A stretch of 56,188 nt of DNA, the filler included, from Streblomastix strix (lineage: Eukaryota): NCBI GenBank assembly GCA_008636045.1. It is 3 parts of 3 records of this genome, joined end to end, with 100 filler letters (N's around TTAATTAATTAA, not from the genome) between each part and the next. Parts side by side here need not be neighbours in the genome. Positions count along the whole stretch, not along the records: positions 1 to 18,663 come from SNRW01000589.1; positions 18,764 to 37,426 come from SNRW01000590.1; 1 more part is not named here. One strand, written 5' to 3'. Below, piece by piece: positions 16,230 through 29,656 of the stretch. The notes below the pieces were generated by a model that worked only from the letters and a program-made list of their open reading frames with translations, did not search any database and was not told the DNA's origin. A program made the position numbers and the translations under genes. Position 1 is the first letter of the stretch, and every line of letters starts with the position of its first letter.

Positions 16230-18663
16230 TCAATTTTTATTATTGATCAATTTGCAAGATCCCTCCTAACAACTTTCCTCCTCTATTTAGGAGCAGAAGC
16301 CCCAATTTAACTCGATTTGGCTACATTCGGAAGGATATAGGATGAATTTAGTAATAAAGGAGCAATCATTAAATCATTATCATCCCTTTTCCTCATAGAA
16401 CCTAATTTATAAAGATCCATTGTAAGTTCAGGAATAACAAATAGCGATGTTGGTGTTGGGATCATCACTCTTGTAAGAAGAGTAGCTTTATCTGCATTAC
16501 TATTAATTATATTGGTATTATTTGTATTCAATTATGCATCTATATATTATTTGGATGTATTCCAGGGTAATATTGGATGAAATATCTGATTGTTTTATGC
16601 CTGTTTGTTTGGCAAAGAATTAATTATATTATTTATTCTTTATTCATTAATAGCAGTCATTCTATATCTATTTTCTATATTAAACTTCCATTCAGTTTAT
16701 TTAACATTCCAATCTCCATTAGATACTTTATTTGAAAGAGCAATTGTATGCAGAACAGGAAGTGTAATTGCAATTTTTCCTCCATTGTTATCATAAGGTT
16801 GAAATTATTAATTATATTAATTATTTGGTTGTAATGTTTCTACTGGTTCAACTCCACGAATAAATCCAACACAAATTGAAGGTGAAGCCAAAGTAATTAT
16901 TTCTTTTCTTGATAAGTTTAATGAAACAAGATCAGAAATTTCAGAAATGAAAAATTTACTAAATGCAAAATATGCTCTTTTTCTTCTTTCTAATATTCTT
17001 TATTAATTTAATAATTATAATTACTAATTATTTTATTCTTAAATTGAGTATTAATTCTACTATTCTTCAATTAATAATGAATTTTCATTTAATGTATTTG
17101 GTTCTTACATTTCAATATCATTTTAAGATTATTAATGTTGACGAATCTCCTCATCTTAACCAATAATGGCATATGAAGGTGCTTCTTCTTCAAATTCATT
17201 CATGTTAAGTGATTTATTTTTCTTTCTTAATTTCTTTATTGGATCCATTTTTATTGGTAGATTAATATTTATTGGTGAAGAATTTGGAGTTATATTAATT
17301 GGTGATTATTAAATATTATTAGGTTATTAATTCAGACGTGTCAACCATTCTTTCATTATCCATCTTACCTGTCTCTTTATTATCCATTTTCTTTCCTCAT
17401 CTTCAACAACTCCATCAAATTATAACATTTATTCCATTTATTTCTAATCTTATTTATTATCCCCTTATTATTAATAATTACTATATATTATCCCTTCATC
17501 CCATTTAGATCCCAGAATAGCCATTTATATTGGAAGTGACAGATGCATATATTGAGTCTAAGGGGGATTATCTGTTCTGAGCCAAAGTAGTGTTGTATTT
17601 CTGGATCCAATAACTAAAGGAGGTTGTAATGAAAGAAGTCGAGGTGCAGATGAAATATTAAATAGAGGAGAATTAATACATTAATTGGACGTAGTTTTCT
17701 ATCCTGAATTTGGATTATTTATATTTAAATCTTATGAAATTGGAGATTATATTTGATTTTAATCTTTATCATTTGATAAACTAATAATATTATTTTATAA
17801 ATTTTCATTCACATTCATTTGAATTGTTTCTTGATGTTCATTTTAATCATTTATTTTAATAGATTCATTATTTTATTCTTTTTCAACTTCTTTTTATTTT
17901 CCTTTCTTTTGTTAATTTTTAATTTTCTCTTTCTTTATATTTTATTTTTCCAATTAATCTAATTTTTCAGATTCATTAATATCATCCATAAATCTATTCA
18001 TAAATATAAGTTGTGACCATCCACAGAAATAGTTTAACCACCTCAATTCTCTGGATTCATTTGTAGCACATCCTCTTGGATACGGAGCATCAACTTCATT
18101 CTAATTAAGAAGTATTGTTTGAATGCCTTAAATAATGCCTTTGTATTCTCCTGCATTTGATTCTTCATTTAATTATCCATCTTCCATATTTGAATTTATG
18201 CTATCAACATCAATTATTTATTATTTCTCTTTGATTCATTTCATTTTCAATGAATCCCAATTAGGCATATTATTCAAATTCATTTAGGGCCATCTGAATC
18301 CATGAAGTGGCACTTATTCATCTCTCACAAATTTAGATATAATATCTGCAACTCCAATAGTGTTATGGGTAAGTTATAATATATACATTGGATTAACTGT
18401 TGATATAGCATCTAGAAGTAAGTGCATAGCAATACCTTATATCCATCCAGATGTATTAACAATAAGTGGTATTAGTATTGGATTAGAAGTTTGTTCTTAT
18501 TTAATATGTGATTATTAAGACAAATATTATTAATATTCATCATCATCACAATCTACATCAATATCTTCATCTATATTACATAGTCTTCTATATTCCCAAA
18601 TCATCTTCCTAATAGCTGCTGAATAAAGAGAAGGAAATCCTTATTAAGATGAATCACCAATTG
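16230..18663 (-). CDS. Polynucleotide 5'-hydroxyl kinase NOL9/GRC3 (Clp1 family)-like, 5'-truncated at the contig end
   Basis: IGDSSQQGFPSLYSAAIRKM...IPLIVNTSGWIQGIAMHLLLDAISTVNPMYIINL matches the Clp1/Nol9 P-loop domain C-terminal part. SICVGFIRGVE lies near the C-terminus. Long low-complexity inserts. Confidence 0.7.
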
Positions 18664-18763
18664 NNNNNNNNNNNNNNNNNNNNNNNNNNNNNNNNNNNNN
18701 NNNNNNNTTAATTAATTAANNNNNNNNNNNNNNNNNNNNNNNNNNNNNNNNNNNNNNNNNNNN
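18664..18763. other. Artificial contig-concatenation linker
   Basis: 100-nt N run with central TTAATTAATTAA (stop codons in all six frames under the standard code). Confidence 0.95.
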
Positions 18764-20750
18764 GCTGTTTTATCTTTAATATTATATTTTTCATTGTCTT
18801 TAATACTTTTATTACTATTATCTTTCATTTTCTCATTTTTATTCTCAAAATAGCAATCATATTCATTTCTATTCTCATCTAAATTTAAATTTTCTATTTC
18901 CTTCATTGTTTTGTCTTTTTCTAACTCATTCTCATTTTCAATTTGCTTTTCTTTATCCTAATAACTTTCTTTTTCACTCTCTTATTCTTTTCCATTTTCT
19001 ATCTTATTCCCTTATACTTTATTTTTCTCGATCAAAATTTCATGTTCATTCTCTTTTTCTGTCCATTTCTAGCTATCATTATCATTTTCATTTTAATTAA
19101 TTATTATTTTCTTCTTTTCTTTCGTTTTAATATTTAAATGTATGAAAAAAAATGCACAGAATTATTTAAATATTTAGAATAATCATAAAAATAATAATAA
19201 TGAAAAAGATAAGAAAAATATATATAATTTTCATTAAAATTTATAATAAAATTAAATTTGCAAACACTCTTTTCGGAATTATGAGATAAATTAAAACCTG
19301 ATTCTTTTGGAGTAGGTTAAACTTCTGTCAGATATATTTAATAATCATTTTCTTAAATTGCTTTTGTGTATTGAGCAATTATAGTTTTACCATCAATAAT
19401 ATATTTTTAAAATTGTTCTTATTATCCTTCCTCTTTTAATTTATTATTTTTAATTTAATTTTCAATATCAATTTCTTATTGATTTGAATCATTATTATTT
19501 TAATATCTTGGTCCAATATATACATTTAAATTTAGATTTTTTCTCTTATTTTCTTAACTTATTTATTTATCATTTGAGCTTCTTAATAATTCTATTGCAA
19601 TTTGATAAATCTCGATAAATAATAAAATAATTTTTTAAAAAAGAAAGATATCATAATAAAAGAAAAAATTATGTATCAATTCAAACATTTCTGAAAGTTA
19701 AATTTGCTATTATTAATTAAATATCATCAAGTGCATTTGGATGTTATTTTTCAAGTAATTATTTTAATGTAATATGAAGTCCTTCCAATTAATATTTGTT
19801 TTAATACATTTCTTTAGAAAATCCATTATCAAACTATATAGGAAATAAATCAGGCCTTTCACTTTATTCGGTTTGTGTATACTGTAGAGGATAAAGACTT
19901 TAAATCATTTTTTCATTCTAAATTTCATAGCAAAATGGCAATTCAAGTAAGCTGACATAAGGATTATTGCCCTCAGTCTGATATTTCTTTATATCAAAAA
20001 TAGCAATTTCATTATTATCCTTTTTCAATTAATCTTCCAATGAATTTTCTACATAAATAGCAATGCAAATTATAATAAGAATAATGTAAAATAGTAAAAA
20101 AAATAATATAGCATACAAAATTATTATGAATTAAAATCATGAATTTAAGTTTGTTGTTAAGATGAAGATGAATATGATTTCAATGCTAAACATTTCATAA
20201 AGCCAATTTTCTTCCAAGATATTTAAAACAACTTCTCTAAATCTTTTGGTAATCGTTTAATTTCCATTTATGTTTCTTTCCGCATTTCTTCAAAATTAAA
20301 CCATTCTTTATCTATTACTATATTAATTATAACACCTTCATATCCAAATTTTTTTGTTAATCCAATACGCTGTTTGTAATTATTGGCATTTATAGGTAAT
20401 TCAATATTAATCACAAGTTAAACTTGCGGAATGGCCATATTCTCGAAGATCTGACCAGTCATGTTCTCAAAAATTTAATCAGTCATAATCAATGCACATA
20501 ATTATCCATTAATAAATTAGTTCAACACATATTTGCGCTAAGATATTTCCATTTCGTTAAAAATCATATTTGCGGTGAAATTTTCATTCCGCAAAAAAGA
20601 AACATAAAATTCCATTTATTGCATCGTATTACAGAAGATAATAGTCCGTCCAAGCTGCTGTATTAAATACAAATCTATCAGAACATTCTATTTATGTTCT
20701 TAAGTTTCTACCCAAACGAAGAATTATTGCTGCTTATATATATGGTCCAT
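18764..20750 (-). CDS. Divergent DEAD-box helicase C-terminal (RecA2) domain fused to an unrecognised, charged C-terminal region; possibly a pseudogene
   Basis: 20130-20750 reads QQFFVWVE...GRTIIFCNT...LIMTD...IPQVQLVINIELPINANNYKQRIGLTKKFGYEGVIINIV (eIF4A/DBP5-like). Downstream exons are uncertain. Confidence 0.55.
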
Positions 20751-23394
20751 TTTCTATATAATTTAAGAAAATGTATAAAGAATAATAATAAGTATATTAT
20801 AGCTAAAAATTCAAGCCAGATATTTCAGTAAGTTACTTAAGATAAATTTTCAATTGCAGTGAATTAATAGATGATTAATTTTGACGTTCATTCAAAATAC
20901 ATTAGATAGTTCATGAATAGACTATTAATGTTAAATAGGACAACTTTTTATAGAAGATAACTATTAATGGTGGTTCATTAATAAAAAGAATTGGAATTTT
21001 AGCTTTTATGAGAATATTAATTAATTTAATTTGCTTGTTTTATATTATTTTTAGTTTAAATTTAATCATGTAGTAAAAAAATTGAAATACGAACAAAATT
21101 TTAATTTATAACAAGCTTTAAAGCTTTTTAAAGCTGAAAAAATTAAAATATTATTTTTCATGTCAATTTTTCTAAATTTGTTATAGATTATGTAAAAAAA
21201 TTAAATAGCATTAAATTGATATCACTATATAGTTATTACTTAAATTAATTATTAGGTTTAGCGTGTGGTTTGATATTCACTGCTGATAAAGTGAATGAAT
21301 GCTTCAATGTTTGGACAAATATAAAATATTCAACATATTTCTTGTAAAAATAATTTTCTAATATTTTAATTAGTAACCAATAAGGGTGGCGGAATGATGG
21401 ACAGAAAGTGCGGATTTTTCATATTAATTGTTATTATTAAGTTAAAAATTTGCATATTTAATTAAAATACTTATATATTTTTAAACAAAGCCTGTTTCTT
21501 TTAATTTTTAATTATTTTTCTATTTATTTTCATAGATGAAACCGGTTGGATCATTATTAAAAGTTAATTCGGAATCTATAACTTAAAGTGTTCCTAAGAA
21601 GAGAATTCTTCCTGTGTTAGAGAGGAGTGAGCTGAAAATAAACTTAAAAAATAGACTTAATAAGAAAAATAAAGAGGGAAAGAAAGATGAACCTACATAT
21701 TTTTCTGGAATATTTGTTGATTTTTTGGAAATGAAATTGGAAAGTTTGCATATTATGAAGAACCTCCTATAAATTCAGACCCAAAGAAAGAGAGTTTGCA
21801 TCACTTTAATAAAATTTTTTAATTATTGGTTCATTTTTTGAAAAAATTGAAATATTGAGGATAAAAACTGTATGAAGTTTACCGAGTTATACCTGGTTAG
21901 GACGCAACAGGACATGAAAAGAAATTAATTACTTGTTTGAAATGCCATTAAAAAGGAATATATAGAGTAGATGAATAGAATACTAAAGGGCATGATTTTA
22001 AAAAAAGACATAGAAAATAAAAAATATAATAATTTTTCAATAAAATAAATTGGAAGAATAAACAATTATAAATTATGAGGATTTATGATAAAAAATAATA
22101 TAATGATTTATAAATAGAAAGAATTAAAAAAATAAATTGTATGGAATTATGGGTATAATTTATTGTGTCAACTAATGAGATAAGTTTATTTTTCGGAGTT
22201 AAATTATATTGGGCAGACTGTTTCTTTTGCATACTATTAATGGTTATTAATTTTAGAATGATTGTTCGAGATGATTATTTTATTTATGAGAATTTTTTAA
22301 AGATTAAAGAATTTTAGTTTAATTGTACTAAAATAATTAGAGAAAATATGGGGTATCTCCAAGATTTTAGTAGTAATATACAATAAATGAAAAATTTTTA
22401 ATCTTAAGAATTGAAGATGATGAACAGTTGTAGAATTGATTATAATCATCATTTTTAGAATCTATGTCCATGATATGACCTTAGGATAATGTATTCTCGA
22501 CAATCAGTAAAAAAGTACTACCACCTCATACGAAATATATACCTATTCATGTAGAATAACAAGAATTTTCAGCTATATGCTTGTTCAAAGAAGTGTATGA
22601 TAAATCGTCAGCAGTATAGATAGCGGTTAGTGGAATATTGAATATGTTTGATTGTAAATTTCAAAGAACGTATGTCCTTTATAACTACATCAACGAATTT
22701 GCTTTAAATGTTGCATTGTCTGAAGATGTAGAACATCGCATCGACGAAGTAATAATAAAACATGAAAAATAATAAGATTCATTACCACAACCACAATATA
22801 CGATAACAAATGTATTCAATTAATTTTTAATTAATGAAGTATTCAATCAATGTGTATAAGCGTTAAATTCGTTCTATATCGCTAATGATGGCACTTGCAG
22901 AGTATGTGTATTCAATCTATATTTCGAATAAAAAGGAATGAAAAGTTCTAAAACATAAGAAGTAGGTCGGATTCCTGATTCGGTAATACCTGCTGAAGGT
23001 AAAAATTTAGGCCTCCCTGCAACTGTATAGGACATAAGGCGGATGATAGAACAATTTTAATGTAAATTATTTTATTTTAAATGCATAATATTAAATGCTA
23101 TACTTCTAATTATTATAATCATAACAAGTAATTGTGGATTCAACGTATGTTTTAAATATTGCGCAAGTGGAATGTATTATTTGTGAAAAAATTCAATGAA
23201 ATCATTGAAATTGACACGAGAAATTGGAGTTGATAGTTAATGACTTTTGAGTGATTCGGGTGATCAGGGTCTGAAGCTTTCTATTTAAAATGCCAGTCCA
23301 TGCGACAGATTGTCGAAATACAAAAAATAAATATCATCTATTCAAATCCAAAATAATATATATTAAATTTTATATTTATTGTAAATAAATTATA

Positions 23395-23706
23395 ATGATC
23401 GGTATATTCCATAAAATAAAGCAATTAGTTTAAATGGTAGGGAAAGGTCTTTAATGGACTAATGATAACGTTTATAAACCGTTCATATTATCATTTACTA
23501 AACCAATAATTGCAACATTCGGTTCTGTTGGCAAAACAATAGGCAAAGGCTTAGATGTAGCTAGATCATTTCATAATTATGGTTATGGAGCAGATATAAG
23601 TGGCTAATTTAGATAAGATTTTGATACGTTGAGAAATGATGAATATTTAAGATAAAAATTACCCATTGATATACAGAGTCGAAGAATATAACTATAGAAC
23701 CAATGA
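23395..23706 (+). CDS. Small protein with amphipathic helices, just upstream of the putative capsid gene
   Basis: MIGIFHKIKQLVQMVGKGLQWTNDNVYKPFILSFTKPIIATFGSVGKTIGKGLDV..., open to TGA. Confidence 0.55.
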
Positions 23707-24012
23707 AAAACGAAATATTTAAAGAAACGCCAATTGATTTTATTTTTGATACAAGCCATGAGAAATACACTTGTGTTTCTTATTTAATTTATACCCATTG
23801 GCACTTTGATGGATTGGCAGCTATTTTTTAAAATGAGTTAAAAGTGCACTCAGGGTATGGCACATTGATCACTTTATAGACATTCATTATTCAAACCAGA
23901 TTATCGTGCTAAAATCATGAACTTTTAAATTGCAAAATTGATTTGCATCTACAGTTTATTGTTTCATTAAGTATTTATTTAACTATTTCATTTTTTTTAT
24001 TGAATGTAAAAG

Positions 24013-25723
24013 ATGAATAGATTTCTAATGAAAGTCACACATTTACAACAAGCTGGAACCATTGAAGAAATATAATTAGGTATTACGGTTGTTCCATTCA
24101 CTAATGATGGAGAACATCATAATTCTATCATGGAAATCAAACCAGAATCATAAATGCTAGCATTGTTTGATAAAGAAATAATTATAAGTTTATCAGACAC
24201 TGACCACGACATCACATAGATTTAAAATTCATTCTTGTCAGTAGTGCTAACTGTTAATATCTAATTTGACGATAAATTCGATAAAATTGACGAATTATAT
24301 AAAGACGAATTGGTTCTATTTTTAGGTCTCAAATCAGGTTCAAATCTTATTAGAGAATATACCATCTATCACAGAGGCAAAACCATTGATGGAAGTCTAT
24401 TGAATGATGCAATAACTAAATCATTCATTTATATCACAAACAAACTAAAAAATAAGAAAACTATTAGAAAATATATTTATTTTCTTTAAGAGAATATTAA
24501 TAAATTTGATATATCAGCGTGTGGAACATATATAAGTATGCGAGAGATTGAAGAGCTAATAGGAAATCAAACATCCGTTACATATAAAATTCCAATATGC
24601 TTCCGAGTCAGCATTCCACTTGATGACCTCTTGATATTCTCTGCTTTCACTGATTATCCTAATTGCTTATTTAATGATATAAAATAAAATTTTAAATAAA
24701 TCATCATGTGTTTGTTTTCTGTCAAGCGAATCCAATAGTTTCTAAGGCTAAATATTACACAATAAATAAAAATGAATTATTGGGTAGTAGTCAGTAGAAG
24801 TTAATGGATATCGATTTGATATTCAGAAACTGGAGTCCGATATTCTAATCTACCAAATAATTTACACATTTTTGATGCATAACGGATTTGATAACAGAAC
24901 TATATGCTGAACCATTAATTAAATCAGTATTGAAGAACTATGTTTGTGACATCAAACCGGTGACCATGAGCATAAAGAATCATATTATAACTGATATATC
25001 AGCCAATATGGCAGGTTATAAAGCTACTGATGCATGCTTTAATCGTGTCTGTTAATTCTACAGCTAATGTCTATTTATTGTCTCTGCTCAGCGAGTAGAA
25101 ATATGGCAATTTCCAACATTTGCATCACTGACAGGAATATGAACATCTTAAATATTGCACTGTCTCATGTGACGGATTTCTGTCAGCTATTTATGAAAGA
25201 AGTTAGAGCTACGACTTGCTTTGAAAATCTTTGTTATTAGAACATGTAAGTAACTACCTGTGGTCGCAGCTTTCCAGATATGCCTATGAATACACTTGAC
25301 TAATAATTCTTCTAACATTAACTCAATGCGTCAAATATTGACCTGTTATTCGAAACAATTGATGAATTCGAAGATCTTTTAACAACACCAAGAAATACAG
25401 CAACCGGAAGACTGAACCCTCATACAGATTTAACAAGCTTATTGATAACTCTTTAATGTGAAAGGAACAGCAACGGAGCATTAATTTTCGATGGACTAGG
25501 CACTCAGAACTAAAACACATCTGTCGAACTCAGAGGAGCACCAATATATCAATGAGCAACAGATTCATATTATAATATAGATACCAGTGGAAAAAGACCA
25601 CCGACTCCAATTCTATGTACAGTTCATGATACATTTTGGTTGTTCTCACCTGCTGCGGGCGGAAGCTGCATATATGATACTAACCATTCATTTGATGAAG
25701 TTATTGGACCACTGACAGGATGA
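24013..25723 (+). pseudogene. Putative major capsid protein of the Polinton-like element (frameshifted)
   Basis: ~570 codons, beta-rich (IIISLSDTDHDITQIQNSFLSVVLTVNIQFD...IREYTIYHRGKTID...FRVSIPLDDLLIF). The capsid call comes from size and context only. Confidence 0.45.
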
Positions 25724-25859
25724 GAAAATTAACCCGTTATTTGAGAATATTTTTTATTTTTTATTTATATATATAACTAACACCTAAACATTAATATAGT
25801 TAATTAATTAGGTCATTAGTTACATGCACATTTATTATTTTTTATTTATTTTATAATAA

Positions 25860-26252
25860 ATGGCTTCAAATATGACATCAGCATAAAACTTAAAATATTA
25901 CACTTTAACATAAAATGATGGAATTGTAATCGGAGAAAACGGTTAAAATGGAGTTGGTTCTGCATTACCATATACGTTTGTAAATTCTGATAATTAAAGA
26001 AAAATAATATTCTGCTAATGTTATTGTTCAAACTAAGGCGCTAATGAAGTTATTTCTGTTCATAGTTCAATGGTTCAAGAAGATTAATATTTCGATTAAT
26101 TTGTAGGCTATTGTAATGAATAACGAGTTTATAAGCTTTTCATACAATACAACCACAACAGATATTTATATGTATGATTCTGTTAAAATTAAGATTTATT
26201 AGATATAAATTAATAATTAAAATTTGTTATTGAGTTGATGCTGGAGTACTGA
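25860..26252 (+). pseudogene. Putative minor capsid/structural protein
   Basis: MASNMTSAQNLKYYTLTQ...ISVHSSMVQED...KFVIELMLEY-TGA with one internal TGA. Assigned from position after the putative MCP. Confidence 0.35.
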
Positions 26253-26460
26253 GAATGTTGCTGGCTCAAAAATGAGCTAGCACATTGACATATTTATATT
26301 TTTTGTATAAATCATCGGGACTCGCTACCTCTAGAAAAATGGAGGTAGATTATTTTGAGTCTGACGGATATCCGCCGTACAAGTTAATGTTTAAATAAAT
26401 ATGATTTTAAAATAAATCGTTTTATTTTTACGTAAATTCAACTTCTTATCTTTATATAAA

Positions 26461-27312
26461 ACGGAACAAGTTAAAACTACCTCTAAGATTTCAAACAATA
26501 ATATTCGTTTTGTTGAAAGCTCATATAATGGTTTAAAATTACTTATTAAATCAGATGATAATTACGTTAATGCTTCTAAATTTTGCGAATAAAATAATAA
26601 ACGATTTAGAAGGTTGTTAATAACTGAACATTGGAAGGATTATTTTGCAGAGGAAATGAATGAAATGCGGTCCGCCTCAAAAAGGGCGGACCGATTAATG
26701 TATAAAATTAATAAAGGATTTGATTACGAATATAAAGGTCATTACATTCATCCTATTTCGATTAAATATGTTGCAACATGGATAAATCCGAAATATACCG
26801 TATATGTTTCTAAAACTATGGATTTATTCGATGAAAGAATACATTTGGAATATTAATTAGATGATTCGACAAGTATGGCAGAATAAGCTTCAATAAAATT
26901 TGATAGAGATATGGAAGAAATGAAAGCAAAAATTAATGAATTTGAGGAATAAATTTAATAGAAAGATAATGAAAATAAATAGTTGGAAGCGCATGCTGTT
27001 CCAGATGGATATTAAACAGAATATATATTCGCTGTTCAAGTAGAAGATGATGATGAGAACGACAACGCTGTCCTTAATATTAGAAGGAGAAATAAATACT
27101 GCACGAGTAAAAAATTAATGGAAGAGTTGAAGGATAGTCTATTATTCTATGAAAAAATACCTATAAGTATGTCGAAAAATTCTGAAACTAAAGATTAATT
27201 ATATGAAATGTTTGGAGATTAAATAAAGTTTCATTAGTGCAGATACATTTTTAAACCTGAATTGATGGATGACGTCATTGATTTTATAAAGCACAAGATG
27301 GAAAACAAATGA
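26461..27312 (+). CDS. KilA-N domain protein (start codon appears mutated to ACG)
   Basis: YNGLKLLIKSDDNYVNASKFCEQNNKRFRRLL...KGHYIHPISIKYVATWINPKY is a KilA-N signature, followed by coiled coil. Confidence 0.85.
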
Positions 27313-27829
27313 AAAACATAATTTTATTTATTTTTGTAGAAATAAAATGGAAAGAATATTGTTCGGCAACAGAAAAAACAATTAATTTACTTCGAAATTA
27401 TAAATAGAAACGGATGAATAGGAAGAAATACCACTCGAGGAGGGGGTCTAAGGTTAGACTAATGGACATAAATATTTTGAGAACTTAAACGATTTCAAAT
27501 AATTTATTTCCTAAAATCAATAATAATTATCTAAACGATCAACGTAAAAAATAAATAAATTATATAAATTGGACGGTTATAAGTTATCAAAAAATAGAAG
27601 GTCAAGTATGTATAAGAACTTGTGTTAAAGATTAATTGAATAGAATTGAGTATAAATTAGACTAGTTTTTTGATGTTCTGAACCATTTGGTTTAAGCGCT
27701 GAAATGAATGACTTTTGACTGGACCGTGTGGATTGGGTGGATTGAGTCAAAAAACTTTTATAAAAGGCTTTGGCCAACTGGACAAATGGCTAATTTATTA
27801 ATGAAAAAAACATTTGCGAAAAAAAAAAG

Positions 27830-28632
27830 TCTATTAACTATTTCGGATTATTTTGACAACTGTTCCACTCATTTCATATTATACCACTAATGCTTATTAT
27901 TTAGTTAGTCGCACATACCCATACCGTATTGTTTCTTTATCTGAAGGTATAGAAAATTAGTAAAAAAATTATTTAAATTTTAATCTGTTAAATGAACCGA
28001 AGAACCACAATGAATCAAGATTTGATTTAATCGCAGCATCTAAACAAATAATGTCCTATAAACAAAGTAAGTATGTTATTCTGGGTTATCTGTTCTTAAA
28101 TAGCATTTTAAACAGTGGATTATTTTTATTTTTAAATATACTCATTGCATCGTCAAATAAAACAATTGTATGAGGAAATTTTACATCAAAATTACCTTCT
28201 CCACTAGCTCCAAATACATTGGTTAATATATCATCTTTTGGTTGTTCCGTTAGCTCTTTTTTATAATTATTTTTCATAAATTTCGTCATACGCTTATTTA
28301 TATTCTATCGAATCATTCAATACTTAATCCGCTTCGGCATATGGAATAATTTTAGTTTGAATTTTAATTAAATCTTTCATCTTTTTATAAGTGGTGTCAT
28401 TATTTGAGTTGCTGACGTATATGAATAGTGTATAACAATGTTTTTTTAATTAATTTAATGTTATTAACTCTTTGAAGACATTATACGTCTTGCCACTGCC
28501 GCGCTAACCTATCAATAAATTTACAGAGTTATATGTAAAATTTAACTCTTTATGAATAATTGTTTAAATTTCGTGCTTATTCGCTTTTATTTCTTTTAAC
28601 ACGTTATCAACTTTTTATGTTAAACTCGCCAT
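27830..28632 (-). pseudogene. A32-like (FtsK/HerA) virion packaging ATPase
   Basis: Walker A LLIGQRGSGKT, Walker B TIVLFDD, and KNRQPRITYLLCLQ...IKSNLDSLWFF. Frameshifted mid-gene; 3' end approximate. Confidence 0.85.
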
Positions 28633-28638
28633 TTTTAT

Positions 28639-29460
28639 TATATGAGAGTTTCCGATTAGTACCAACCACTCAGTTTTTATTTTAAAAAATTTTTACATGA
28701 TTTAAGACAGTCAAAAGCTGGAGTTGTAAAATCTTCAGAAATGCATCGTAGCGAATTTGTGCAAAAAAAATTTTTTGGTTCGTGAGCCATCGGCAGTTTA
28801 CATATGTTAATGAATTTTATTTAATTTATTTTATTAAAATTTTATATTTAATATTACTAATATTTGTGATATTTTTATGTATTGATGCAAGAAAAAACGA
28901 AGATTTTCTTTATTTTTTATTTTTCACATCATCCAATGTTTAATTTTAGTTTTTTTTGACAATTTATTTAAATAAACAATAAAATACAAATTATAAAATT
29001 CGAATATTATATTTATTTCGACAAAAGTGCTAATGCGCGGAAATGAAAAAATTAAAATCGCGAATTTGCGTCATGCAGATTAAAAATTATCAATTTTGTT
29101 ATACCAAATTTAATTAAAAAATAAAAAACATCAAATTAAATATTAATTAATAAAAATAATAATATGAATGTTTCAAAAAATGGAAAATATAAAAAAAAAT
29201 TTTTTATCCATCGCTGGTGCCTAAAAATATCGTAAATATTAATAATATTTAATAAATAATTTTTATAAAATAAATTTAATAAAATTCAAAAGCATATACA
29301 ACCTGTCGCTGGCTAGCGAACCAAAAAAAAATTTTCGCGCAACTCCGTCATGGTGGATTTTTAAACATTTTACAACTCGAACTTTTTTTAATTTTAAATC
29401 AAGTTATTTTATTTTTAAAAAAAATTGGGGTGGTTGTTTGTGATCGGATACTCCCATATA
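28639..29460. repeat. ~820-bp imperfect palindrome (foldback/MITE-like) between divergent genes
   Basis: TATATGAGAGTTTCCGATTAGTACCAACCAC... pairs with ...GTGGTTGTTTGTGATCGGATACTCCCATATA, and TTTTTGGTTCGTGAGCCATCGGCAG pairs with CTGTCGCTGGCTAGCGAACCAAAAA. Arms are ~300 bp. Confidence 0.8.
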
Positions 29461-29656
29461 AAACTTTTTTTTATCAATAAGAAATAGAATGTTGGAAATT
29501 GATTTCAATGCACTTTAAAAAGAAGCAAGAGAAGAGTTTGAAGCTGAAAAAAGCTAATATGGCTCAGGTGGTGCAGATGGTTAAGGTTTGATGGAAGTTG
29601 ATGGAATGGAAGATGATTATGATTATTATGAATCACAAGCTGCAAGATAGGACAGA

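Noticed and set aside
18664..18763. TTAATTAATTAA palindrome inside N runs (also 37427-37526) as a biological motif, and linkage across these gaps
   Set aside because: It is a standard artificial linker for joining contigs, so adjacency across it carries no information.
19690..20050. Possible protein-kinase domain fused to the DEAD-box fragment
   Set aside because: No HRD/DFG or other kinase catalytic motifs are visible, and the frame contains a TGA.
21476..22200. Possible gene between the DEAD-box fragment and element 1
   Set aside because: I could not establish a consistent frame or recognisable motif by eye.
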